A stretch of 51,191 bases of DNA from Bacteroidales bacterium (GCA_050013795.1 JBEKEO010000002.1:1-51191); one strand, 5' to 3'. Positions 28,451 through 39,261 are shown, counted from the stretch's first letter. Notes: generated from the letters alone by a model not told the origin. A program made the numbers and translations.

Positions 28451-29584
28451 TCATTTATGTGGATGCTCGCTTTCATTGGTATTCTTATGTGGAGCATTTT
28501 GTTGTTGATTTGCTTCTCCAACCCTTTTAGTTGGAACAGATTGCTGCTGTTTTACTCCTTCTTCCTTTTTTGGTGGAGCAACCTGTTGTTGTTTTGCTCC
28601 TTCCTCTTTTTTAGATGGACTGACCTGTTGTTGTTGCTTTACTTCTTCACTCGTTTTATTTTGATTGTTTTGTTGTTGAGGTTGTACTTGTTTAGGCGAT
28701 TGCCATGCGTTTTGTTTTGGTTGTTCTTTTGTTGGTTGATATGATTTTTTCGAAGGAGTTTCAGATGTTCTTTGCGCTAAAGTTTTTACATCATTATAGC
28801 TGGCCACTTTAGATGGTGCTGGTCTTGAACCGTTAGCGTTATTTTTTTGCACTTGCGGCTTGTACATCTTAAGTTGATTATTGCCAAGACTCTGTCCAGG
28901 TTTGTTGCTTTCTTTTATAGTAACAGGATTAATTTTTGTACCAATATGTTTTTCTACGTCAGCTCTGTCAGGGCCCGATTTGTATGATGCATTATGTGCT
29001 TTATCATAGTATGCATTGTTTATCACCGTAGAGTTGTTAATGATCATAGTGTTGTTTTTTGAATTGACATAATAGTTACTAATGTCTCTTCTTCCAAAAT
29101 CCCTGCCGTGCATAATTGTCCAATGATTATGTTCCGGGTAATAGTCGTTACCATAAGCCATGCCTATACTTACACCAGGCTCCATTGGCGCCCATCCATA
29201 ATAATCATTTGATTTTCTCCAGCTAACCCATCCCGGACCCCATTCGTTACCTGGTATCCATATTGGTCCATAGGTATCATCTGTGTACCAGCGACCATAA
29301 TGAAAAGGCGCCCATCCCCATGGATAGTCAGATACCCATGTCCATCCTGCATTGGTTAACACCCAATAGCCATTAGTAGCATAAGGAGTAAAACCGGGAT
29401 ATACATCTGGCGACCAGACATAACCGTAATTGGGAATGTCAACCCACGTTCCGTAAGGGCTTAAATCATCATAAAAAACCTGGTAGCTTACAGATACTCC
29501 CTGTGCAGCGGTTTTTTGCGGCCTTATCCATGTACATATAATAAGTATAAGTAAAAGAGTAATAAATTTCAGTTTAGTTTTCAT
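28451..29584 (-). CDS. DUF6600-type protein with Q-rich low-complexity tail
   Basis: FYDDLSPYGTW..WTWVSDYPWGWAPFHYGRW..WGPGWVSWR; 14-aa KQQQVAPPKKEEGV repeats. Confidence 0.8.
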   Translation of the reverse strand: MKTKLKFITLLLILIICTWIRPQKTAAQGVSVSYQVFYDDLSPYGTWVDIPNYGYVWSPDVYPGFTPYATNGYWVLTNAGWTWVSDYPWGWAPFHYGRWYTDDTYGPIWIPGNEWGPGWVSWRKSNDYYGWAPMEPGVSIGMAYGNDYYPEHNHWTIMHGRDFGRRDISNYYVNSKNNTMIINNSTVINNAYYDKAHNASYKSGPDRADVEKHIGTKINPVTIKESNKPGQSLGNNQLKMYKPQVQKNNANGSRPAPSKVASYNDVKTLAQRTSETPSKKSYQPTKEQPKQNAWQSPKQVQPQQQNNQNKTSEEVKQQQQVSPSKKEEGAKQQQVAPPKKEEGVKQQQSVPTKRVGEANQQQNAPHKNTNESEHPHK

Positions 29585-29650
29585 TTTAGATTATTTTTTA
29601 CTGTGATGAAATTATTAAGGAACAAAGTTATTTCTCTTAGTTAAGTTAAG

Positions 29651-29688
29651 TGTTACACAATTAATGATATGAATTACATTATTCACAC
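29651..29688 (-). promoter_or_regulatory. Cluster operator copy 3
   Basis: TGTTACACAA-N13-TTACATTATTCACAC; -7 TAACTTTG at 29623-29630. Confidence 0.85.
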
Positions 29689-29713
29689 ATGAAATTTAAA
29701 GGGTAATAAAGCA

Positions 29714-29746
29714 AGAAACGTCATCTTTTTTAAGGATGACGTTTCT
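29714..29746 (-). terminator. Terminator after the OmpA-family gene
   Basis: AGAAACGTCATCTT..AAGGATGACGTTTCT. Confidence 0.75.
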
Positions 29747-29762
29747 GATGAATCAGGGTAAT

Positions 29763-31817
29763 TTATTTTTTCACAATAAGAAATTCTGTACGCCTGTTTA
29801 CCTGGTGTTCTGCATCAGTGCAATTTGAACCAACATTATCGTCACAGGCACACCCATTTACTAAGTGTGTTTTGCCATATCCTTTACCATAAATTCGTTC
29901 AGGATTTGTAATTCTTGTCTTTATATAATTGGCAGTGGCGTTAGCCCTGTTGTCGGATAATTTTTGGTTATATGCTTTGCTTTCCCTGCAATCGCAGTAT
30001 GAACTTAATTCTACGGTTATGCCAGAATTATCATTCATTACCTTAACAATTTTATCCAGTTCAGTTTCAGCATCCGGGCGGATATTGTATTTATCCAGAT
30101 CAAAATAAATAGTTTTCAGATCTAATAATTGTCCTAAATTAGCAATCACCTCCTTTTGCGGAGCAGTCACTACCCTTTGCGGAGGAATAACTTCTTCTTT
30201 CAGAAGCACAACATTAGCTTTCACAATAAAATCTTTACCAAAAGTGCTGGTAACAGTGTCGCCTTCGTTATATTTTTCTTTTTTACCTGATAATTTAAAC
30301 TTTTTATCCGAACTGACAAGAAAGGCAAAAGCCCCGTCATCTTTGGTGGTCACCGTATCAATAGTATTGCCTTTATTATCGCGTAATGTTATAAAGGTTT
30401 GGGGAATCAGATTCCCGTTTTTATCTTCTGCAATACCTTCTATTGTTTTGCCGATACCTAAATCTTTTAATATATCAAACGAATAAATATCATCGCCACC
30501 GCTGCCACCGGTTCTGTTTGATGAAAAATATCCTTTGCTCACGCTGTCGTTAACTATAACAGCAAAATCATCGTATTGCGTATTTAACGGAGCACCTGCA
30601 TTAACCACGGGGCCAAATTCAGAACCGTTTACGGCGCAAATATAAATGTCAAGACCTCCCAAGCCATAGCGTCCGTCGGATGAGAAAAACAATACTCCTT
30701 TAGCCTCTGCATAAAACGGGAACATTTCATCACCCTCTGTATTTATTTTATCGCCAAGGTTTTCAGGTTTTCCCCATACACCTTTTGCATCTTTTGTAAT
30801 TCTATAAATATCCGTTCCTCCATAGCCGCCGGGCATATCGCTTGTAAAATACATAGTGTTTCCATCACTAGTAAGGCAAGGTTGTCCAACAGAGTAATCC
30901 TTGTTATTAAGATAAAAAGATTCAGGAGTTGTCCATTTGCCATCTTTGTAAGTGCTGAAATAAATCTGAAGGTTTATAACCTTATCTTTTCTTTTAACAT
31001 TATAATTATTCCGGGTGAATGCCATACAGGTCCCATTATTACTAAAACTGGCCGGACCATCGTTCATTTTACCATCCAAGCTTCTGTCAAAAATTTTAGG
31101 TTTTGTCAATTGACCTTTATTCATTTCAGACATATAAATTTCCAAAAATGGCTTTCCCGTCCAGTTGTCTTTTCTTTCACCAAACATTGATGTTCCCCTG
31201 CTTGATGAAAACACAATACCATTTTTATAATAAGTGGTTCCAAAATCATTCGCCGTGGTATTTATATCCAGGTTTTCTATTTTATATTTACCATCATCTT
31301 TCAGCATATCAGGTAACATAGTGCTATTGGCTATATAGTCCTTTGCCCGTAAATCGTGCGATTTCAGGTCGCTGAATATATTCATCCATTTATTAGCCTC
31401 ATCGTATTTGCCATTGATCTTTAAAACCATTGCATAGTTGTAATAATCCTCCGGTAAAAGTCCTGAAGTTGCACTTACTAATTTTGAATAAGCTGCTTCC
31501 GATTCTGTATTTTTATTCATATTGTGATAAGCCAAAGCCAGACTGCGTTGTCCTTCCACGCTCAATAGTTTAGTATGATTATAAGAACTAATGGCTTTAT
31601 TAAAAGAATAATCAAAAGAATATTTATCTCCTGTTAATTCTTTATTCGATTTTTCCTGTGCAAAAGAGACATCAGGCGTATTAACTACAGGGCTATTACC
31701 CCCGGTTGATACCTTATTTGAATTTTCCGCTGATAATGAACTACCCGGATCTACCTGTGCAGTAACATTAATGTATATCCCGATAAATATAATAAAGGGA
31801 ATTAATAATTTTTTCAT
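29763..31817 (-). CDS. PorE-like OmpA family protein (TPR, PD40 propeller, CRD, OmpA_C)
   Basis: SDMPGGYGGTDIY, INTEGDEMFP, GLGGLDIY, IYFDLDKYNIR, NRRTEF. Confidence 0.9.
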   Translation of the reverse strand: MKKLLIPFIIFIGIYINVTAQVDPGSSLSAENSNKVSTGGNSPVVNTPDVSFAQEKSNKELTGDKYSFDYSFNKAISSYNHTKLLSVEGQRSLALAYHNMNKNTESEAAYSKLVSATSGLLPEDYYNYAMVLKINGKYDEANKWMNIFSDLKSHDLRAKDYIANSTMLPDMLKDDGKYKIENLDINTTANDFGTTYYKNGIVFSSSRGTSMFGERKDNWTGKPFLEIYMSEMNKGQLTKPKIFDRSLDGKMNDGPASFSNNGTCMAFTRNNYNVKRKDKVINLQIYFSTYKDGKWTTPESFYLNNKDYSVGQPCLTSDGNTMYFTSDMPGGYGGTDIYRITKDAKGVWGKPENLGDKINTEGDEMFPFYAEAKGVLFFSSDGRYGLGGLDIYICAVNGSEFGPVVNAGAPLNTQYDDFAVIVNDSVSKGYFSSNRTGGSGGDDIYSFDILKDLGIGKTIEGIAEDKNGNLIPQTFITLRDNKGNTIDTVTTKDDGAFAFLVSSDKKFKLSGKKEKYNEGDTVTSTFGKDFIVKANVVLLKEEVIPPQRVVTAPQKEVIANLGQLLDLKTIYFDLDKYNIRPDAETELDKIVKVMNDNSGITVELSSYCDCRESKAYNQKLSDNRANATANYIKTRITNPERIYGKGYGKTHLVNGCACDDNVGSNCTDAEHQVNRRTEFLIVKK

Positions 31818-31838
31818 GTTTTTATGTTTTTATAGTAA

Positions 31839-32777
31839 TTAAAAATATCTTGGAGAATGTATTTGTCTTTGATCAACAGATATAAAATCATAACGTAAAA
31901 AGACTTCATCACTGCCCTGGTTATACGTGTAGGTTTTTAAACCATACGACCAGTCATAAGAATAACCTATGTGCAGTTGGGGCGTAATATCCAATCCCAC
32001 TAAGGCTCCAAAAGCATCGCCGGTACGATACATTGCGCCAAGCAATAATCTTTTCGCGATAATAAATGATGCTGTAAGGTCGGCTTCAACAGGTGCAGCA
32101 GGTGTTTCTTTAATAAGCATAGTAGGTTTAAAATCAAGGTTGTTTGATAATTCTAACATTGTACCTGTAATAAAATAATAATTTCTTTGTTGCCTTCCCA
32201 CCAGGTTATTTTCGTTAGACGGATTTAGTGCATAATTATTTTGTAATAATTCAGGAACTGATATTCCGGCATAGAAACGTGGTCTTGAATAATATGCGCC
32301 AAAACCGAAATTAGGAGTTACATGATTATTGATATTGTTCATGAACACCGGGTCAGTTTGCTGATCTAATTGAAGCGTATTAAGGTTTGCATTGAACATA
32401 TCCGCTCCTACGCTTACACCAAGCGATAATTTCGAATTTGCAGTCAAATGCATTATATACGCATAATCAACAAATACCGATGTGTTATTGACAGGTCCTA
32501 TTTTATCATTTAATATAGATAAGCCTATTGCAATATGATCGTTTTTTAAAGGCATATGCATAGTTATAGTTTGGGTTTCAGGAGCGCCTTTAAAATCAAC
32601 CCATTGCGCACGATATAGAGCCGTTACAGTTAGAGCATCCCTGCTTCCGGCATAAGCCGGATTAACCATTAATGTATTGTACATATAATTGGTGAACATC
32701 GGGACTTGTTGCGCGTAAATGGTCAAACTCCCTAAAGTTAAAACCAATACGAATGTTATTTTTTTAAGTGTTTTCAT
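31839..32777 (-). CDS. T9SS membrane protein, PorP/SprF family
   Basis: QQVPMFTNYMYN..NPAYAG..YRAQW..GAPETQ..IGYSYD. Confidence 0.93.
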   Translation of the reverse strand: MKTLKKITFVLVLTLGSLTIYAQQVPMFTNYMYNTLMVNPAYAGSRDALTVTALYRAQWVDFKGAPETQTITMHMPLKNDHIAIGLSILNDKIGPVNNTSVFVDYAYIMHLTANSKLSLGVSVGADMFNANLNTLQLDQQTDPVFMNNINNHVTPNFGFGAYYSRPRFYAGISVPELLQNNYALNPSNENNLVGRQQRNYYFITGTMLELSNNLDFKPTMLIKETPAAPVEADLTASFIIAKRLLLGAMYRTGDAFGALVGLDITPQLHIGYSYDWSYGLKTYTYNQGSDEVFLRYDFISVDQRQIHSPRYF

Positions 32778-32816
32778 TTTGCTTTTATTTCATTATTATT
32801 TTTCCGTTTTATTGTT

Positions 32817-35800
32817 TTACCTATTTAGATATATAGTTCCTTTTATAACATCTGAACCATCACCAAGGTTAAGAATATAGAAGTATGTACCTATCGGCAA
32901 ATCATCTCCGCCAACTCTTAATCCTATTGTACATTTGCCATTCCATGTGTTTTGATATGGACTTGCTTCGAATACTTTATCTCCCCAACGATTAAAGATG
33001 TTAATTGTATTAGCAGGATAATTATTAATTCCCTTGATTACAAATAAGTCGTTTATTCCATCGCCATTCGGAGAGAAACCTTCAGGAATAAAGAAATACC
33101 ATGGGAATGTTTCAATAACTGAAACATTATTAATACTAATTGGATCAAGTTCGTTGCCCGTTATTATCGCAGTATTAACATAATCTCCTGTCGAATTTAC
33201 AGTTGCAGTTATGGTTAATATATCAGTTGCTCCATTATTCAGGCTACCTATTGTCCAAACACCTGTTGAAGGACTGTAAGTTCCATTTGTAGTTGTTGAT
33301 GAAACATAGGTATATCCGCTTTGTAAAATATCTATAACTATAACGCCTGTTGCATCAGCAGGACCATTATTTGTTGCTGTAATTGTAAATACTACTGTAT
33401 GTCCAATAATTGGATACGTATTATTTACTGTTTTAACAACGCTTAAATCAGTGGTGCAATTGATTACTATAACAGTAACTGTTGATGGTGTGGAAGAACA
33501 GCCATTGGCTGAAGCTATTAAAGAATAGATGCCGGCATCTGAAAGTGATGCAGAAAGAATAACAGGGTTTTGTAAAGTCGATGAATAGCTTCCCGGACCA
33601 GTCCAAAGGTAAGTTCCTCCCGGAACTGTCAGCGCAGTCAGATCTATTGAATTTCCTGCACAAACAGGAGAATTACTGTTTGCAAGAGCAACGGGTACTG
33701 GATTTACTGAAAGCGAAACATTGATTGAAGTATCATTTGAACATGTTCCGGTGATTACAACATTATAGTTTAATGCTGCATCAGAGATGTTTACTGGATT
33801 AATTGTAAATGTAGCTAAGGTTGCTCCTGCAATATTTACCGTTCCTTTTCTCCACTGATAGGTTAGGCCAGTTCCTGATGCAGCTACTGAAAAGCTTACC
33901 GAACTTCCTGCACATGCTGTTTGATTTGTAGGTTGTGAGGTAATGATCGGTGCCGTGTTGACTGTTAAAGAAACATTTATTGATGTGATGCTCGTATCTG
34001 TAGCAATAGAATCCGAAGTACCGTTTATGATGTTTGTACCGGATAACACTACTGCACCATTCCTTGCAAGTAATCTACCATCTATAGTTGAACCTGTATT
34101 CATCGTAATCGATGTTAAGGCAAGTATGTTTCCCTTAAATGAGGTTCCGTTTCCGATAGTTGCTGAACTTCCCACCTGCCAGGTAATGTTTTTAGCCTGT
34201 GCGCCTCCGCTAAGGATAACATTCCCACCTGCTCCTCCAATGGTGGTAAGATTTGATGCTATCTGGAAAATCCAGACTGCATTCACATCACCCAGACCAT
34301 CAAGGGTCAGATCGCCTGATTGTATCAAAAGTGTGGATGTTGATTTATAAATACCGGGGGTAAGTGTTAAACCACCTTGATCGCCTGCTACTGTAACAGG
34401 TGCAGGTGCACTTGCTGCCTCAGCAAAAAGATATGCATTAGTTAGGTCTTGTTTGGCCTGTGTTAGCATGGCAGCCACTCCCGGAGGGGCAACATCGTCA
34501 GAAGCATAAATAGCACCATTCACAACTGTGGCAGGAGGAAATCCGGTAATCGAACTTCGAACACCTGGACTTAGCCCAACATTCATATTTTTAATAACAC
34601 TAAAGCCCGTGCTCGTAATTGCTGTGCCGGCAAGAATGCCGAACCCGCCAGCTGAATTAAGGTTAGTATCCAACGTATTTATTGATGAACATCCACCAGT
34701 AATAACAACATTATAGTTGGATGCAATATCAACGATTGTTGCAGGATTAATTGTAAGTGTATCCGTAGTTACGCCTGAAATATTTCCTCCGTTGACTAAG
34801 TCTACAGTTCCCTTTCGCCATTGGTAGGTAAGATTTGTCCCGGACGCAACAACAAAAAAGCGGACCGAATCTCCGGCACATATAGTTTGATTGACAGGTT
34901 GTGTAATAATGACAGTTGCAGAGTTGACGGTTAACGAAACATTAATAGAAGTATCACTTGAACATGATCCGGTGATAACAACATTATAATTCAATGCCGC
35001 ATCCGTCAGGGCAACAGGATTAATTGTAAGCATATCACTTGTTGCCCCTATTATATTTACAACTCCTTTTCTCCACTGATAAGTAAGACCTGTTCCTGTT
35101 GCAACCACTGAAAAGCTTACTGAATCTCCAACGCATGCTGTTTGATTTACCGGTAGTGTGGTAATTATTGGAGCAGTGTTGACCTTTAAAGAAACATTAA
35201 TTGAAGTATCTTTTGAGCATGTTCCGGTAATAATAACATTATAGTTAGATGCAGTATCGGAGATACTAACCGGATTAATTGTAAGCGTATCATTTGTTGC
35301 GCCTATTATATTTACAGTTCCTTTTCTCCATTGGTAGGTGAGACCTAAGCCTGATGCAGAAACTGAAAAACTCACAGAATCACCAACGCATGCTATTTGA
35401 TTGACGGGTTGCATAGTAATGATTATTGCAGAGTCCACTTTTAAAGAAACATTTATTGAAGTATCCGTTGAACATGTCCCGGTGATAATAACATCATAGT
35501 TTGATGCTGTATCGGATATGCTCACAGGATTAATTTTAAGTGTATCAGAATTTACTCCTGAAATTTTTACTCCATTGATTAAATTTACTGTTCCCTTTCT
35601 CCATTGGTATGTGAGACCTGATCCTGATGCGGCCACTGAAAAACTAACTGGACTTCCGGCGCATACTATTTGATTGATAGGTTGTTTTGTTAATGTAAAT
35701 GCAGAGTCAACTTTTAAAGAAACATTAATTGAAGTATCCGTTGCAGAACAACCTCCGCTGATAACAACATTATAGTTGTATGCGGTATCGGAGATACTAA

Positions 35801-37346
35801 CCGGATTAATTTTAAGTGTATCCGTATTTACTCCTGAAATTTTAATTCCATTGATTAAGTTTACAGTTCCTTTTCTCCACTGATAGGTAAGACCTGATCC
35901 TGAAGCAGCCACCGAAAAACTAACTGAACTTCCGGTGCAAGCTATTTGGTTTAAAGGTTCTGTTGTAATAGATAAAATACTACCCGGAGGTGTAGCGGCT
36001 GCTAATCCTGCAGACGTTATAGCGCCGGTTAATGTAAGTGCCCTGCCATCTAGCACAACACCTGTATTAACTAAGTTGAACGCACCGGCAGAAACGACTA
36101 TCGTTCCTCTGAAAGTAGAATTATTGTTTATGCTCACTGCGCCGTCAACCATCCAAAACACATTTTTCGATTGTGCGCCGTTTATCAATTTAACTTTTGA
36201 ATTAACACTTGTTGTAAGAGCTCCGTTTATTATCTTGATAACAAATACACCATTTGGATTGCCCTGTGCATCAAGATAAAGTGAATCTGTAAAGGTTGCC
36301 GGTCCATTTATAGCCGAATTCATGAGATAAACATGTGGTGTAAGAACCAGGTTATGTCCAAACTGGACGGGATATAGCAACTGAATATCAGGAACCATGG
36401 CATTTAGAGTATCATAGAGTTTTGACACATCTGCAGCACATAGTATTGTAGAAGCATCAGGAGAGGTGTGAAGAATACCTGTAACTTCTCCCGCATTCCA
36501 TCCGGTAACTGAAGCAGCAAGATTGCTTCCCACATCACCTATAGAAGTTGATGATAAGTTGCCATTAAGCGCTCCATTAGCTGAAAATATTGTATAGCAA
36601 GCGGCCGAGCCAAGCGGAGGGGCATGTGGCCCTGTTAAAATAGGACTTCCGCAACCAATTGGTGTAAATGCGGTGATACCATCAATATTAATGGCTCCTG
36701 CAGGTGTGCTAAACGCCCTTCCTTCTAGTGAATCCCCCGAACCCATTGAAATGGCGCCTCCACTAATAATATTCCCTCTCATGGTAGAAAGGGATGCCAT
36801 GCTTACAAATCCCGTTATTTGCCAGTACACATTGCATGCCAATGCGCCATTGATCAGTTTTACTCTTGAAAGTGTATTCGTACTGAAAGTACCCCCAATT
36901 TTAATAATAAATTGAGCGCTGGAATTTCCCTGTGCATCTAATATAAGGTCTAATGTCAGTGTTGCATTTCCGGGTACAGAATAAACACCAGGAGTGAAGG
37001 TTACCCCGCTTCCTAATGACCCTGAAGGAGGAAATATAGTGGCAGGTTCGCCGTTTATCTGGGTTATGGTAGCTGCTAAAGCTATCCCGCATGCTGTAGT
37101 TGCAGCATCAGAACCATTATGCATTACACCGTTCACATTTCCAAATCCGGTTATGGAACCGGCGGTGTTCGTTCCAACATCGCCTGTAACGAGTGAATGC
37201 GCGCTTGCATTGTCTCCCACTGCCCCTGATGAAGTGAAGATAACAAATTTGGCAGCATCTGAGCCTAAGTTGACTTGTCCGAAATTTGTTTTCGGGAAAA
37301 ATAATAAAGTAACTGCTGTTACAATAAGTAATAATGTTCTTTTCAT
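32817..37346 (-). CDS. Large ice-binding-like adhesin: 3x DUF3494, 6 Ig-like repeats, DUF11, T9SS type B CTD
   Basis: TPGVY..LDAQGN..FII..NVYWQ DUF3494 motifs; GLTYQWRKG Ig repeats; DLSVVKTV..NNGPADATGV DUF11; IPEGFSPNGDGIND..IFNRWG..GTYFY..YLNR. Confidence 0.9.
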   Translation of the reverse strand: MKRTLLLIVTAVTLLFFPKTNFGQVNLGSDAAKFVIFTSSGAVGDNASAHSLVTGDVGTNTAGSITGFGNVNGVMHNGSDAATTACGIALAATITQINGEPATIFPPSGSLGSGVTFTPGVYSVPGNATLTLDLILDAQGNSSAQFIIKIGGTFSTNTLSRVKLINGALACNVYWQITGFVSMASLSTMRGNIISGGAISMGSGDSLEGRAFSTPAGAINIDGITAFTPIGCGSPILTGPHAPPLGSAACYTIFSANGALNGNLSSTSIGDVGSNLAASVTGWNAGEVTGILHTSPDASTILCAADVSKLYDTLNAMVPDIQLLYPVQFGHNLVLTPHVYLMNSAINGPATFTDSLYLDAQGNPNGVFVIKIINGALTTSVNSKVKLINGAQSKNVFWMVDGAVSINNNSTFRGTIVVSAGAFNLVNTGVVLDGRALTLTGAITSAGLAAATPPGSILSITTEPLNQIACTGSSVSFSVAASGSGLTYQWRKGTVNLINGIKISGVNTDTLKINPVSISDTAYNYNVVISGGCSATDTSINVSLKVDSAFTLTKQPINQIVCAGSPVSFSVAASGSGLTYQWRKGTVNLINGVKISGVNSDTLKINPVSISDTASNYDVIITGTCSTDTSINVSLKVDSAIIITMQPVNQIACVGDSVSFSVSASGLGLTYQWRKGTVNIIGATNDTLTINPVSISDTASNYNVIITGTCSKDTSINVSLKVNTAPIITTLPVNQTACVGDSVSFSVVATGTGLTYQWRKGVVNIIGATSDMLTINPVALTDAALNYNVVITGSCSSDTSINVSLTVNSATVIITQPVNQTICAGDSVRFFVVASGTNLTYQWRKGTVDLVNGGNISGVTTDTLTINPATIVDIASNYNVVITGGCSSINTLDTNLNSAGGFGILAGTAITSTGFSVIKNMNVGLSPGVRSSITGFPPATVVNGAIYASDDVAPPGVAAMLTQAKQDLTNAYLFAEAASAPAPVTVAGDQGGLTLTPGIYKSTSTLLIQSGDLTLDGLGDVNAVWIFQIASNLTTIGGAGGNVILSGGAQAKNITWQVGSSATIGNGTSFKGNILALTSITMNTGSTIDGRLLARNGAVVLSGTNIINGTSDSIATDTSITSINVSLTVNTAPIITSQPTNQTACAGSSVSFSVAASGTGLTYQWRKGTVNIAGATLATFTINPVNISDAALNYNVVITGTCSNDTSINVSLSVNPVPVALANSNSPVCAGNSIDLTALTVPGGTYLWTGPGSYSSTLQNPVILSASLSDAGIYSLIASANGCSSTPSTVTVIVINCTTDLSVVKTVNNTYPIIGHTVVFTITATNNGPADATGVIVIDILQSGYTYVSSTTTNGTYSPSTGVWTIGSLNNGATDILTITATVNSTGDYVNTAIITGNELDPISINNVSVIETFPWYFFIPEGFSPNGDGINDLFVIKGINNYPANTINIFNRWGDKVFEASPYQNTWNGKCTIGLRVGGDDLPIGTYFYILNLGDGSDVIKGTIYLNR
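33703..35975 (-). repeat. Intragenic ~250-bp Ig-domain repeats (6 copies)
   Basis: Recurring P.NQ..C.G..V.F.V.ASG..LTYQWRKG..NY.VVI.G.CS..TSINVSL.V. Confidence 0.88.
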
Positions 37347-37412
37347 TTTATTTGATTTTAATTTGTAAATTAATTTTCAGTTTACAAAGGTCAGTCTATT
37401 AATTACTACTCT

Positions 37413-37450
37413 TGTTACACAATTATATATATAAGTTACATGATTCACAC
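37413..37450 (-). promoter_or_regulatory. Cluster operator copy 4
   Basis: TGTTACACAA-N13-TTACATGATTCACAC; -7 GACCTTTG at 37385-37392. Confidence 0.85.
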
Positions 37451-37476
37451 TCTATGTTTAACTGGTTATTATAAGC

Positions 37477-37507
37477 AAAAAGCCCACTACGATGTGTAGT
37501 GGGCTTT
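37477..37507 (-). terminator. Intrinsic terminator
   Basis: AAAAAGCCCACTAC-gatgt-GTAGTGGGCTTT. Confidence 0.8.
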
Positions 37508-37530
37508 AGCTTTATTGAATTAATTAATTA

Positions 37531-39156
37531 TTATTGAGAAATCAGTTTACCTGTTTGAATGGTTTTGTCATTGCCAATCACTTTGTAGAAATAAATTCCG
37601 GAAGAAATATTACTTGTTTTAAGAGTGGTTAATTGTTTCAAGATATTTGTATTCATCACTTCTTCACCCAAAACATTATATATCCTCAATTCATAATTGC
37701 TGATTTGGGTTGCATCGTTAATCATTATGGTTACAGAACTATTAAATGGATTAGGATAAATTGTAACCATTTCATTTGTTGCATCAACCGGCTTAATATC
37801 TACCGTTATACAATCTCCGGGTACCATTGGAGCAAAAACATGAACAGAATCGGTTATTAAAGTGCCTACGGTTGTGAGTATTCTGCCATTAATTGCAACG
37901 CCTTTCAATATGGAAACTGCGGCATCGGAAACCATCGTTCCGTTAAAAACTGAATGGTCACTTATTTGCACAGCACCATTTACCATCCAATATATATTTT
38001 TTGCCTTTGCCCCGTTAATCAATATTACTTTTGAATAGGTGCTCGTTGAAAGGGCGCCGTTTAACCGAAGAATAAATACAGCATTGGTGTCATTTAGTGC
38101 ATTTAGGTAAAGTGTATCTGTAAATGTAGTAGCACCGTTCATGACATAAGTATGAGGTGTAAGTACCAGGTTATTCCCAAACTGAGCAGGATACAACAAC
38201 TCAATATTATAATGCGCTGTGTCCAGATAATTATAAACATTAAGCAAATCTGCACCACACGCAGCTGTAGCACTATTAGGTATAGTATCAATTTTTCCTG
38301 TTACAAGTAAAGGATTAAAACCCGTAGTTAAGCCTACATTTGTGCCAACATCACCGACAACATGCGTTACCAGGGAGTTTGTAACAGCTCCATCAGATGA
38401 AAATATTGCAAAGCAGGCAACGGTGTTAAGGTTTGGTGCAGTTGGTCCTGTAAGAACAGGACTGCCGCAACCGATGGGGGTATATGCCAGCACTCCTGCA
38501 ACAGTAACTCCCCCGTCTGTAGTAAGCGCTCTTCCTTCAAGCGTGTCGCCGGTGTTTATTTCAATTGCTGCATTGTTAGCAATAACAGTTCCCCTCATGG
38601 TAGTTCCCGTAGCCATGATTATCTGACCTTCCACTTTCCAGAACACCTTACATGCCTGTGCTCCGTTAATCAATTTAACCTTTGAACCGGCGCTTGTAGA
38701 AAAAGCCCCTCCGATTTGAAAAATAAATACAGCATTTGCATTTCCTTTTGCATTTAAAATAAGGTTTAAATTCAGCGTTGCTGCTGCAGAAATAGAATAT
38801 ACTCCCGCAATAAGGGTATCCCCGTTTCCAAGAGTTGGTGAAGGGTAGAAAGTAGGTATAGCTATATTCAGTGAGTCATAAACTTTCAACAAATCTACTG
38901 CGCATTGTGCACTTGCAGCATCCTGATCGCACATGATACCGTTCACGTTACCGAAATTGGTACTGGAGCCAACGTTAGAACCTACATTACCTGTAAGTTG
39001 AGAGATACCAGTGTTGCTAACTGCGCCATCCGACGAAAAGAGAACGAAATTGGCAACAGTTCCCAATGGAGGAGCATGTTGTGCAAAATTTAATGTTGGT
39101 ATCAATAGCAGTATAACTGCTGTTAATAGTACTTTGAATGTAATAATTTTTTTCAT
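37531..39156 (-). CDS. Ice-binding-like protein: 2x DUF3494 with T9SS type A CTD
   Basis: Two DUF3494 domains (NANAVFIFQI..KVFW; LTPHTY..KNIYW); IYPNPF..SGIYFY..GKLISQ. Confidence 0.9.
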   Translation of the reverse strand: MKKIITFKVLLTAVILLLIPTLNFAQHAPPLGTVANFVLFSSDGAVSNTGISQLTGNVGSNVGSSTNFGNVNGIMCDQDAASAQCAVDLLKVYDSLNIAIPTFYPSPTLGNGDTLIAGVYSISAAATLNLNLILNAKGNANAVFIFQIGGAFSTSAGSKVKLINGAQACKVFWKVEGQIIMATGTTMRGTVIANNAAIEINTGDTLEGRALTTDGGVTVAGVLAYTPIGCGSPVLTGPTAPNLNTVACFAIFSSDGAVTNSLVTHVVGDVGTNVGLTTGFNPLLVTGKIDTIPNSATAACGADLLNVYNYLDTAHYNIELLYPAQFGNNLVLTPHTYVMNGATTFTDTLYLNALNDTNAVFILRLNGALSTSTYSKVILINGAKAKNIYWMVNGAVQISDHSVFNGTMVSDAAVSILKGVAINGRILTTVGTLITDSVHVFAPMVPGDCITVDIKPVDATNEMVTIYPNPFNSSVTIMINDATQISNYELRIYNVLGEEVMNTNILKQLTTLKTSNISSGIYFYKVIGNDKTIQTGKLISQ

Positions 39157-39223
39157 GATTTTTTGTTTTTAAATTGTGAATGAATTTTCACGTTACAAAG
39201 GTGAGCACATAAAATCAGGGAAA

Positions 39224-39261
39224 TGTTACACAATTTTAGAAAAAAGTTACATCATTCACAC
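39224..39261 (-). promoter_or_regulatory. Cluster operator copy 5
   Basis: TGTTACACAA-N13-TTACATCATTCACAC; -7 CACCTTTG at 39196-39203. Confidence 0.85.
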
